Positions 25,360-34,308 of a DNA stretch of 64,000 nt are shown here, one piece after another. Under the pieces are notes generated by a model. That model saw only the letters and a list, made by a program, of their open reading frames with translations, searched no databases and was not told the DNA's origin. The position numbers and the translations under genes were made by a program. This stretch comes from an uncultured Nitrospira sp. Lineage in GTDB: Bacteria; Nitrospirota; Nitrospiria; Nitrospirales; Nitrospiraceae. Each line of letters opens with the position of its first letter. The stretch's first letter is position 1. The stretch covers positions 1,944-65,943 of the forward strand of contig CAZBNV010000006.1 in the NCBI GenBank assembly GCA_964493335.1. Reading direction: 5' to 3'.

Positions 25360-27408
25360 GTGATGACCCTATTGCAGGCCGATAACATGATTCTATCGTT
25401 GCCCCATGATCGCCTTCGGGACAGCCAGGATCTGCTCTCCAAGGAATGGCTGGTGACGAATGGGCTGGGCGGGTATGCCTCCGAGACGTTGCTGTGCGCT
25501 CCCACCAGGCGATATCACGGGATGTTCGTGCCGGATCTCCCGTCACCATGGGGGCGGACGGTGATGATTCCTCGTTTGGACGAAGCAGCCATTGTTGATG
25601 GAAACTCCATCCTGCTGAGCGGCGTGGAGTTCAAAGACGGACGCTTGGAGAGCGACCTCCCCCAGGTGCTCGGCGACTTTACCCGCGAATGGCAAACACC
25701 GGTGTGGCGTTGTGTGTTCAAAGGACGCCGCCTCGAAAAGCGGATCATCATGCCGTACGGCCATAATTCAGTCTATGTGGAATATCGTTTGCTGGAGGGT
25801 GATCCGGTCCGGCTTCATTTGCGCCCGTTCGTGACATTTCGAATGCTGGATGCGCAGCTGCACGAGGCCCGGCGGCCTCCCTTTCCGCTCACGGTGCTCG
25901 ACGGGCGTTACGAGATGCATCTCTGTGAAGGCGCCCCGCCGCTCAAAATGTGCCTGCGGCCTCACTGTGGGCAGTTCATTGCCGACTCGCTCGTGAGTGC
26001 GGGCGTGTCGTACCGGGTGGATCGTGATCGCGGCTCTGAACATATCGAGGATCTCACAAGTCCTGGATATTTTCGCGCGGACCTGACCTCCGATCGTCCC
26101 ATTGCCTTTGTTGCGAGCACCGAGACGTGGGAGCTACTCGAGTTCAACTCGGAGTCGATCTTTGAAGCGGAAGCACAGCGGCTAAAGAAACTGCTGGCTC
26201 CACGACACGATCAGGGCAAGGACGATTTGGAAGAGTTGTTGACCCTCGCGGCGGATCAATTCATTGTCTTTCCTGGTTCGCGCCTGGAGGAGCAGGCACT
26301 CGCGCGGGCGTCCGGTGATGAAGCACGTACGGTCATCGCAGGCTACCATTGGTTCACCGACTGGGGCCGCGATACCATGATCAGTCTGGAAGGCCTCACG
26401 CTTTGTACCGGCCGCCACCGCGAGGCGCGTTCGATCCTGCGCACATTCGCCAACTATATTCAGGATGGATTGCTGCCGAATCTTTTCCCGGAGGGGCAGC
26501 GCAAGGCGCTCTATCATACGGTGGATGCGACGCTCTGGTATTTTCATGCGCTGGATCGGTATCACCGGGTCACCGGCGACAGCGAGATCCTGATCACCCT
26601 CATGCCCACTCTGAAATCCGTCATCGAGCACCATGTGAAGGGCACCCATTTCGGCATCGGCGTCGATTCGCACGATGGCCTATTGCACGCGGGAGCCGAG
26701 GGTTATCAGCTTACCTGGATGGACGCGAAGGTGGACGGATGGGTCGTCACGCCTCGGCGCGGCAAGCCGGTAGAAATTCAAGCGCTGTGGTATAACGCGC
26801 TGCGTTGCATGGTGCAGTGGGGAGAAATGGCCGGGGAGCACACCCATCACTGGGAGGATATGGCGGGACGGGCCAGGCACTCCTTCAACAATCGATTCTG
26901 GCGACAGGACGGCGACTACTTGTTCGATGTCATCGAGGGCGAGCAGGGGGATGACAGCAGTTTTCGTCCCAACCAGATTCTCGCGATTGCCCTACAGCAT
27001 CCGATTTTGGAGGAGCAGCGATGGCGCGCAGTCGTCGATGCCGTGGCGGACAAGCTCCTCACCCCGATTGGCCTGCGTAGCCTCTCGAGAGACCATCGCG
27101 ACTACAAGCCGATGTACTTCGGGGACCTTCGAGCGAGAGATGCCGCGTACCATCAAGGCACGGTCTGGGCCTGGTTGATCGGACCCTTTATCGATGCCTG
27201 GCTCAAAGTGTACAAGGACGCATCAAAGGCACAAGGCATGTTGGAAGGATTCCGCGCCCATTTGCTGGAAGACGGAATCGGCACGGTCAGCGAAATTTTT
27301 GATGCAGAACCTCCCTACCATCCCCGCGGGTGCATCGCTCAAGCCTGGAGCGTGGCCGAGGTGTTGCGGGTATGCAGAAAAACGCGACAGGCTAGAGAGC
27401 ACCCGTGA
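25360..27408 (+). CDS. Glycogen debranching enzyme (amylo-alpha-1,6-glucosidase, GDE_C type)
   Basis: KEWLVTNGLGGYAS, AGYHWFTDWGRDTMISL and the (alpha/alpha)6 C-terminal domain with QAWSVAEVLR. Confidence 0.85.
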   Translation: MMTLLQADNMILSLPHDRLRDSQDLLSKEWLVTNGLGGYASETLLCAPTRRYHGMFVPDLPSPWGRTVMIPRLDEAAIVDGNSILLSGVEFKDGRLESDLPQVLGDFTREWQTPVWRCVFKGRRLEKRIIMPYGHNSVYVEYRLLEGDPVRLHLRPFVTFRMLDAQLHEARRPPFPLTVLDGRYEMHLCEGAPPLKMCLRPHCGQFIADSLVSAGVSYRVDRDRGSEHIEDLTSPGYFRADLTSDRPIAFVASTETWELLEFNSESIFEAEAQRLKKLLAPRHDQGKDDLEELLTLAADQFIVFPGSRLEEQALARASGDEARTVIAGYHWFTDWGRDTMISLEGLTLCTGRHREARSILRTFANYIQDGLLPNLFPEGQRKALYHTVDATLWYFHALDRYHRVTGDSEILITLMPTLKSVIEHHVKGTHFGIGVDSHDGLLHAGAEGYQLTWMDAKVDGWVVTPRRGKPVEIQALWYNALRCMVQWGEMAGEHTHHWEDMAGRARHSFNNRFWRQDGDYLFDVIEGEQGDDSSFRPNQILAIALQHPILEEQRWRAVVDAVADKLLTPIGLRSLSRDHRDYKPMYFGDLRARDAAYHQGTVWAWLIGPFIDAWLKVYKDASKAQGMLEGFRAHLLEDGIGTVSEIFDAEPPYHPRGCIAQAWSVAEVLRVCRKTRQAREHP

Positions 27409-27438
27409 GCAGATCGATTCTGCTCTGAGTCGGGTTGG

Positions 27439-28188
27439 ATGCACCGGACGAGCCATCACATACCGCATGTGCGGATCGGCACTTCAGGATGGCACTACCA
27501 ACATTGGCGCGGTCCCTACTATCCACCGAGCGTCCCCCCGCGGGCCATGCTGAGCTACTATGCGCGAGATTTCGATACCGTAGAAGTCAATAACAGCTTC
27601 TACCGCCTGCCTTCGACCACCACCTTCGACACGTGGAACAAATCCACTCCGGCCGGATTTTGCTTTGCCGTGAAGGCCAGCCGCTTCCTGACTCATCGCA
27701 AAAAATTGTTGGATCCCGAACCGGCTCTCGAGCGACTCATGGAGGCGACCGGCGGATTAGGCGCCAAGCTTGGTCCGATCTTGTTTCAATTGCCGCCCAA
27801 CTGGCGTTGCAATCCGGATCGGCTCAAGGACTTTCTCCGCGCGCTTCCGGCAGGGCGACGGTATAGCATCGAATTCCGTGACCAGAGTTGGCATACCCCC
27901 AGGGTCTTCGATCTGTTACGGAAGCACAATGTTGCATTCTGTATCTACGAACTGGGCGGCATCCGCTCAGTTCGGGAAGTGACCGCTGATTTTGTCTATG
28001 TCCGGCTACACGGTCCTGGAAACAAATATCAAGGCGACTATTCGACCTCGACGCTGAAAAATTGGGCGGTCCATGTCAAGCATTGGACCTTGGCACACGG
28101 TGATGTGTACGTCTATTTCGACAACGACCAGGCCGGTTATGCGGTCAAGAACGCAGCCGACCTGCGTCGTATGCTCGATGCTGGATGA
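27439..28188 (+). CDS. DUF72 (YecE/UPF0759) family protein
   Basis: IGTSGWHYQHWRGPYYP, FYRLP, FAVKASRFLTH, LFQLPPNW. GTG 27469 is an alternative start. Confidence 0.85.
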   Translation: MHRTSHHIPHVRIGTSGWHYQHWRGPYYPPSVPPRAMLSYYARDFDTVEVNNSFYRLPSTTTFDTWNKSTPAGFCFAVKASRFLTHRKKLLDPEPALERLMEATGGLGAKLGPILFQLPPNWRCNPDRLKDFLRALPAGRRYSIEFRDQSWHTPRVFDLLRKHNVAFCIYELGGIRSVREVTADFVYVRLHGPGNKYQGDYSTSTLKNWAVHVKHWTLAHGDVYVYFDNDQAGYAVKNAADLRRMLDAG

Positions 28189-28551
28189 CGCAAGCGATCA
28201 GTGCGTGGCCGCACAGCCTCCGCGCGGTTGGCCCAACGCGAAGTCGCGCGGCGAGCACCCCAGCACCCGGCATACGTCCTCCTACCTGTAGACGATGCAC
28301 CGCGAGCCGACTCGGTCAGGGCCTGCGGGGCGGCCGTTTCGGCGAGGAACTCACCTTCCGACACTAGACCGAACGATCCTCTTCCTGCCGCACGCAACCT
28401 CCGATGACACCCAGCGGGCTGCGGGAAAGCTCGATTTTTGCACAAGGCGCCGCGATCAGCTCATGAGCCGGCGATCCCTCGCGTATTGAACGTCGCCCTC
28501 GGCCGGAGCTGATCGCGCTTCAGATTCGCGTCTCGCGACTCGCTCGAGTAT

Positions 28552-29901
28552 TCATTTCTTCTCAGTCGGCGTCGGCTGGTAGATGCCGGCTTCGTGTTCG
28601 AAGCTCATCACGCCATAGATCAAATAGCCGTTGTAGGCCCGCGCCGTTTCTCTGGCCCACCCCATCGTCAGCATCATGAGCATCGCGCAGAGCGACAAGG
28701 CGACGAGTAACAGAGGAGACAGTCGATCCTTACCGCCCTCCGCCTTGGTGTCCCACCAGGGCGGCCGGTCGTGAAACGACCGGAAGAAGTAGAGCCAGTT
28801 CATGAGTCCGAACATGACGAGGAATGCCATCGCGAAATATTTGTTGGGCTGCATCTTGCCGAAGGGAAGAATGGCGCGGTCCGTCAGGGCATGCAAGCCG
28901 GGAATATGTTGAAGGTGGTAGGGGATTGAAAACACGATGCCGGCCAAGATCACGACTGCCAAGGAGGCCGGCAGCACGATCCGGGATGAGCCGTTCCGCG
29001 AGGGACGTTTCATCTCGCGCAAAATGTAGACGGTGCCGAGGACGATCAGCAGGCTGTAGAAAAGCGCTACGAGATCGAAGAGCCATGAGCGACCTCCGAG
29101 CATGAGGGTGTGGAAGGCCTGCGGCTGTTCATAACGGATCCGCAGGAGATATTCATAACCGATTACGGGCATGAGCAGCAGCGCGCCAAAGCCGATGGTG
29201 AAGCAATAGCCCCCTGCCCAATCATAATGTCGCCGGTCCTCTGGTGTCGTGGCGCGCAGGAACCCCACGGCGCAAAGAGCTGAGAGACCGAATCCCGTCC
29301 ACGTTAAATTCCCGAACCACCGATGCAGGTGCAAGTGGATCATCGTGGGATTGAACAGCCGATCCCACAACGGCTCCAGGGGACGGGGCGTCAACATATA
29401 GGATGCGACCATGTCGATGACCAACATCGCCGTCAGCGCGCATCCCGCCGCGAGCCATCCAAAGAGGAGGTGCAGCCGTTTACGCCCAGGCCCGGTTGCC
29501 GCCCAGTCCCAGGAATAAAACCAGGCATAGGCGAAAATGGCTTCTCCCAAGAACATCGCGGCTTCGAGCAAGAGAGGCCAGAACATGATGCGGAACAGCG
29601 TGGACCAAAAGCGCGGCCAAAAGATATTGAGCGCAAAGATGAGCGTCACTCCGAAAAACGACACGGCCGCCGTGGTGAGGATTAAGGTGAAGGCGATCGT
29701 GCGAGCCAGCCGGTCATAACGTGTTTTGCGCGTCAGCCATCCGACCGTTTCCGTCGCCACCCCGATGAGAGACGATCCGACAATGAACGTCGCAAAGAGC
29801 GCATGGGTCAATGCCACCACGCCGATGGCGACCTTGCCGTAGTGCATCGGAATGTCGAGGGCTTCCAGAGTCATCGTCGTTCCATTCGAATGCCGCGCCA
29901 T
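28552..29901 (-). CDS. Cytochrome bd-like subunit I (CydA-like) membrane protein, copy 2
   Basis: About 9-10 TM helices. It is a paralog of 29917..31143 (WDRLFNPTMIHLHLHRWFGNL versus WERLLNPTWIPLVLHRFIGNL). No cydB follows. Confidence 0.7.
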   Translation of the reverse strand: MARHSNGTTMTLEALDIPMHYGKVAIGVVALTHALFATFIVGSSLIGVATETVGWLTRKTRYDRLARTIAFTLILTTAAVSFFGVTLIFALNIFWPRFWSTLFRIMFWPLLLEAAMFLGEAIFAYAWFYSWDWAATGPGRKRLHLLFGWLAAGCALTAMLVIDMVASYMLTPRPLEPLWDRLFNPTMIHLHLHRWFGNLTWTGFGLSALCAVGFLRATTPEDRRHYDWAGGYCFTIGFGALLLMPVIGYEYLLRIRYEQPQAFHTLMLGGRSWLFDLVALFYSLLIVLGTVYILREMKRPSRNGSSRIVLPASLAVVILAGIVFSIPYHLQHIPGLHALTDRAILPFGKMQPNKYFAMAFLVMFGLMNWLYFFRSFHDRPPWWDTKAEGGKDRLSPLLLVALSLCAMLMMLTMGWARETARAYNGYLIYGVMSFEHEAGIYQPTPTEKK

Positions 29902-29916
29902 GACGCGACAGCCCGG

Positions 29917-31143
29917 TTACTGTGCTTGCCGGTCGGCCGCCGGTTGCTGCAGTTCGTCCTGAAGGGAGATGATGCCGCGCACGGTATCAGGCCGTCGGGC
30001 AGTTTCCCGGATGGTACCCATCGTCAGATAGATCAGCAGGGATACGATACCCATCATGATGGCAGTGTGCCGAACGATCGGCCGATTGAGCTGGGCGGGG
30101 GAGCCGTTCATGAAGCTGGCGCGTGATCGATAGACACACCAGATGACCAATCCGGCCAACACAAACGTCAGAGGTCGGCGCAGGCCCGGCGAGGTGGCCG
30201 TGACGACGATCAACAACGCGATGCCAGCCGCAACGGCCATGACTCCGCCGGTCAACGGAGGGCGCGTGGGCAGTGTGAACCGTAGCATGACCAAGCCACC
30301 CAGAAAGAGCGCCCCGATCAGGACAAATTGCGCATACAGATACCCACGATAGGCTCCCTGCGTCAGTTGAGCATACGCGAGCGGCACGGTGCCTTCGATC
30401 CGCCACGCATAGAGCAGGCCCGTCGCCGGTTGGAGTATCAACGACAGCAGGCCGATCAAGAGCCCCGTTTGCAGGAAATGGGCATAGTACGCTTCATCCG
30501 GCCGCCCCGCCTGTTTGCTGAGCCGCCATCCCGCATAGCCGGCGATCACAAAGCCGGCCAGCACGAGGTTGCCGATGAATCGATGGAGGACCAAGGGTAT
30601 CCATGTTGGATTGAGGAGCCGTTCCCAGGGACCTCCGGTCGTTCTCGGGGTCAGCATGGCGGATCCCATGCCGTCGAGGATGACGACCCAGATCAACAGG
30701 AAGAAGGCGGCAAAAAACCCCATGAGGATGTGAAGTTCTCGGTTCTCTCGCCTGAAATAATCCCAATAGTGATAGTAGGGGTACAGCATGGCGAGCATCA
30801 GGATGAATGAGCCGATGGCCGTCAGGATGGGCCATCGAAACTGGTTCCATACCCACATGGTGGTCAGGGGAAAGAGCCCGATGGACAATTCGACCATAAA
30901 GACCGCCAGCACGGTGCTGATGCTGAAGGACACGATCGTGAATCGCGTCATGCTGCGGGAAAAGTCCGCATAAGAAGGATTGATCCGGTCTGCCGTTTCC
31001 AACAGGGGCGCAAGCATCATGAAGCCCACTGTCAGCCCGGCAATCGCAATGTGCAGCAGGCTGAATAGTCCGATGACCAGGCTGTTTCCGATCAGCGGGA
31101 AGCTGATTGCTTCAAGATCTTGTCCGAATGCAGGCACGATCAC
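29917..31143 (-). CDS. Cytochrome bd-like subunit I (CydA-like) membrane protein, copy 1
   Basis: The N-terminal LLHIAIAGLTVG and NPTWIPLVLHRFIGNLVLAG resemble the CydA heme-ligand helices. There is no long Q-loop. The GTG start is uncertain. Confidence 0.7.
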   Translation of the reverse strand: MIVPAFGQDLEAISFPLIGNSLVIGLFSLLHIAIAGLTVGFMMLAPLLETADRINPSYADFSRSMTRFTIVSFSISTVLAVFMVELSIGLFPLTTMWVWNQFRWPILTAIGSFILMLAMLYPYYHYWDYFRRENRELHILMGFFAAFFLLIWVVILDGMGSAMLTPRTTGGPWERLLNPTWIPLVLHRFIGNLVLAGFVIAGYAGWRLSKQAGRPDEAYYAHFLQTGLLIGLLSLILQPATGLLYAWRIEGTVPLAYAQLTQGAYRGYLYAQFVLIGALFLGGLVMLRFTLPTRPPLTGGVMAVAAGIALLIVVTATSPGLRRPLTFVLAGLVIWCVYRSRASFMNGSPAQLNRPIVRHTAIMMGIVSLLIYLTMGTIRETARRPDTVRGIISLQDELQQPAADRQAQ

Positions 31144-31169
31144 CCCGTTAGTGTTTCGGCGTTACGGCG

Positions 31170-32204
31170 CTATGGTCGACCTACAGGGTTGTCCGGCCCC
31201 TGCAGCGTTTTGACGTAGGCGACGACCGCCCATCGTTCCGCGGCCGAGAGCTCCCCTCTGAAGGAAGGCATCGAATCTTTTCCTTCCGTCACCACCGCAT
31301 AGAGGTCGTCCGCCGACCGTCGTTGGACATGGGATGCCTGTAAATTCTTGGGCATTTCCCGTAAATATCCTGCCACCCGGCCATCCCCCCCGCCGCTTGG
31401 ACCATGACAAGGCACGCAGTTGATCTGAAATACCCGTTGCCCCGCAACCCGTTGGTCGGCCGGTATGACTGGAGAGCCGGGTTGGGCGGCTCGGCTCTGC
31501 AGGGGGATGCTCCCGGGTGGCGAATGCCTGCGGGGCGCTTCTTGGGATTGATACGATGCTTGAGTTTCCATATCTTGAGAACAGGCGTTGAGGGAACAGA
31601 GGGCGGCAAGAGCGCAGCCAAGCCACAACCAGACCCCATCGGTCGCACGCTGCTTTACCGCGACAGGTCCCGGCGGCCGGGCTGGTTCTTTCACGAGCGA
31701 CGTGATTTTCAACGCACCGGCTTCATTGAGCAGGGTCTGAACGACCGCCGGCTGTGTGGCCATGGCGTCCATGTCGATGAACAGGGCCACTGCTCCGTCG
31801 TCGATCCGCGGATCGCGAGGCGCCGGCCTGCCTCTCACTCTGAGTCGAAGGAGCATGACGACAAATGTCGTGAAGATGGCCAACAGCATCATGTTCTCAA
31901 ACGCGATGATGCCCACGACGGGCGGCGCGACGATCGGTTTTCCCCCGGTCATGAGCGGATAAAAGAGGGCCGTGCCCACCGTGAAAAATATGCCGAGCCC
32001 GATCCCGGCGAGCCCGCCGAGTATTGTGAGCCCATAGAGCGGCATGCGGGGAGGCTGGCTGACCTCGATTCCGTGTAACGGTAACGGTGAGATGACCTCG
32101 ATGCTCTCCAGGGGCACTCCGACTCGCTGAAGCTGTTCGACGACCGGCTTCAGAGGAGTCGAGAGGGCGAAGAGTGCCACGATCTCATTGCTGACGTCCG
32201 CCAT
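31170..32204 (-). CDS. ActD-like (DUF3341) membrane domain fused to an ActE-like monoheme cytochrome c
   Basis: GGAGGAGAAGGAGG precedes ATG 32204. Two TM helices are followed by a third hydrophobic segment with a lipobox-like LNAC, then one CVPCH heme motif and an ...MP... distal-ligand region. Confidence 0.75.
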   Translation of the reverse strand: MADVSNEIVALFALSTPLKPVVEQLQRVGVPLESIEVISPLPLHGIEVSQPPRMPLYGLTILGGLAGIGLGIFFTVGTALFYPLMTGGKPIVAPPVVGIIAFENMMLLAIFTTFVVMLLRLRVRGRPAPRDPRIDDGAVALFIDMDAMATQPAVVQTLLNEAGALKITSLVKEPARPPGPVAVKQRATDGVWLWLGCALAALCSLNACSQDMETQASYQSQEAPRRHSPPGSIPLQSRAAQPGSPVIPADQRVAGQRVFQINCVPCHGPSGGGDGRVAGYLREMPKNLQASHVQRRSADDLYAVVTEGKDSMPSFRGELSAAERWAVVAYVKTLQGPDNPVGRP

Positions 32205-33519
32205 GGACCAATCCCTCCTTCTCCTCCCATATGGAAATGATGGGCACGAATTTGACGGCCAGGACATAGAGCAGCACCGCGAGAGCCAGCGACCCCACGA
32301 CGATGGTCATCTCGACCCAGGACGGGGCATAGCTGTCCCAATTGAAGGGCAATCGGGGATAGGCCAGCGGCGGGACGATGAGCAACACGCGTTCGATGTA
32401 CATTCCGATGTTGATCAGCAGCCCGATGAACATGACGCCCAAGGGCCAATGGCGAAAGGCCGGGAGGGTGAGCGTGATCAGGGGAATGACATAGATGCAG
32501 CCCACCATGAACCAGAACGGCCCGGCGAACGCCCCAGTCAGGAGGGCGTCGACCACCCACCTATGGTCGGGGATATTTCCGTACCAAATGGTGAGCAGTT
32601 CGGCAAAATACAGATAGGCCAGGCCGAGGGTCGTGAGGAGCAAGAGCTTCCCCATTTTGTCGAAGTGCTCCCGTCCGATATAGTCTTCCAAGTGATAGAT
32701 TTTTCGAAGTACGTACATCCCGATGACCACCAGTCCGACTCCGGAGTGCACCGCTCCCACCACGAAATAGGGCGCGAAAATAGTGGAATGCCATGCCGGA
32801 ACCAGCGAGACGCCGAAGTCCCATCCCACGATCGAATGGACCGACACCATCACCATGACGATCAAGGGGGTGATGATCCGCATGGCGGTCTCCAGGACCT
32901 GCCATTGCTGCTGCGTGCCTTGCCATCCCAGGGAAAGCGCGCGATACAGCGGCTTTCTCCAGCCCTCGATCCGGTCGCGCATCAAGGCGAAGTCAGGTAT
33001 GAGCGGGAGGTACAGATAGATGGTGCTGGCGGTCGCATAAGTGAACACCGCCATCGCATCCCACATGAGGGGGGAACGAAAATTCGGCCAGATCTCACGC
33101 TGGTTGGGATAGGGAATCAGGTAGTACCATCGCCAGACCCGCCCCAGGTGATAAAAGACGAACAGTGTCGCGATCATCAAGGAAATAAACGTCATCAGTT
33201 CGGCAATCCTGGTAACCGGCCGTCGCCACTCGGCCTTGGTGAGACGAAGCACCCCTGAAATGAACGTGCCGGAATGGCTGGCGCCGACCCAGAAGATAAA
33301 CGACGCGATGTACACGCCCCAGAACACCGGCGGATGCAGATTGGTCTGCCCGATGCCGGTGCGGAACTGATAGGACCAGGCCCCGGCGCCGGCGGCCACG
33401 AGACAGGCCAACGCTCCAACCAGGAGAAAGTAACTCCAATGAGTCGTCAGGAGCGGTGCCAGGAGATCCCGATTGATCTTCGGAATCTGGTGCTCCTCTG
33501 CGGATGCCGGTGTCGTCAT
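32185..33519 (-). CDS. actC: NrfD/PsrC-family polytopic membrane subunit (ActC-like)
   Basis: 444 aa with about 10 TM helices. ATGA overlap with the FeS subunit gene, in the position expected for the quinone-interacting subunit. Confidence 0.85.
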   Translation of the reverse strand: MTTPASAEEHQIPKINRDLLAPLLTTHWSYFLLVGALACLVAAGAGAWSYQFRTGIGQTNLHPPVFWGVYIASFIFWVGASHSGTFISGVLRLTKAEWRRPVTRIAELMTFISLMIATLFVFYHLGRVWRWYYLIPYPNQREIWPNFRSPLMWDAMAVFTYATASTIYLYLPLIPDFALMRDRIEGWRKPLYRALSLGWQGTQQQWQVLETAMRIITPLIVMVMVSVHSIVGWDFGVSLVPAWHSTIFAPYFVVGAVHSGVGLVVIGMYVLRKIYHLEDYIGREHFDKMGKLLLLTTLGLAYLYFAELLTIWYGNIPDHRWVVDALLTGAFAGPFWFMVGCIYVIPLITLTLPAFRHWPLGVMFIGLLINIGMYIERVLLIVPPLAYPRLPFNWDSYAPSWVEMTIVVGSLALAVLLYVLAVKFVPIISIWEEKEGLVHGGRQQ

Positions 33520-34235
33520 GGTAACCGCTTCAAATAGGTAATGGCCGGATGGGTGCCTAAGTCCTCCAGGAGGTGAAATCCCCGGTCACTGCCAGCTAAT
33601 TGCGAGACTCGGCTGGCCGGGTCGTGACGATCGCCGAACACGAGCGCGGAAGTCGGGCAGGATTGCACGCAGGCCGGTACGACTTCACCGTCGCGTACGC
33701 GTCGCCCCTCCTTCTCCGCTTGCTCCTTTCCCTGCCTGATGCGCTGCACGCAGAAGGTGCACTTTTCCATGATGCCGTTTTGACGGACGGTTACATCCGG
33801 GTTCAGTTGCTCCGCCAGCGGCGCGTCCCAATGCGGGTCAAACCAGTTGAATTGCCTGACCGTGTAGGGACAGTTATTGCCGCAGTACCGCACTCCGATG
33901 CAGCGGTTGTACACCTGCGCGTTCAAGCCATCCGGCGTGTGGTAGGAGGCATAGACCGGACAGACCGGCTCGCAGGGGGCGTTCCCGCAATGCTGGCAGA
34001 GCACCGGCATGAACCTCGCCTTGACATTGGGATACTCGCCTTCCCAATAGCGCTCGATGCGGATCCAATTGATGGCCCGGCCGTCCGCGGCTTCTTGCTC
34101 GCCGGAAATCCGAATATTGTTTTCCGCATGGCAGGCTACCACGCAGGCTTCGCAACCGGTGCATCGATCGAGATCGACGACCATCTCCCATTTGTAGGGA
34201 CGGCCTTCCTGAGTTTCTTCCTTGTGGTCGCTCAT
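33516..34235 (-). CDS. 4Fe-4S ferredoxin-type subunit (PsrB/ActB2-like)
   Basis: GGGAGGGAG precedes ATG 34235. Cys clusters: CTGCEACVVAC, CQHCGNAPCEPVCP, CIGVRYCGNNCP, CVQSCP. Confidence 0.9.
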   Translation of the reverse strand: MSDHKEETQEGRPYKWEMVVDLDRCTGCEACVVACHAENNIRISGEQEAADGRAINWIRIERYWEGEYPNVKARFMPVLCQHCGNAPCEPVCPVYASYHTPDGLNAQVYNRCIGVRYCGNNCPYTVRQFNWFDPHWDAPLAEQLNPDVTVRQNGIMEKCTFCVQRIRQGKEQAEKEGRRVRDGEVVPACVQSCPTSALVFGDRHDPASRVSQLAGSDRGFHLLEDLGTHPAITYLKRLP

Positions 34236-34308
34236 CTGCTCCCTCCCATCCGTAGGCACTCATAGCCGACTGCCATTTCTTTCGACTTCATCACTCGCTC
34301 CCTCTTCC

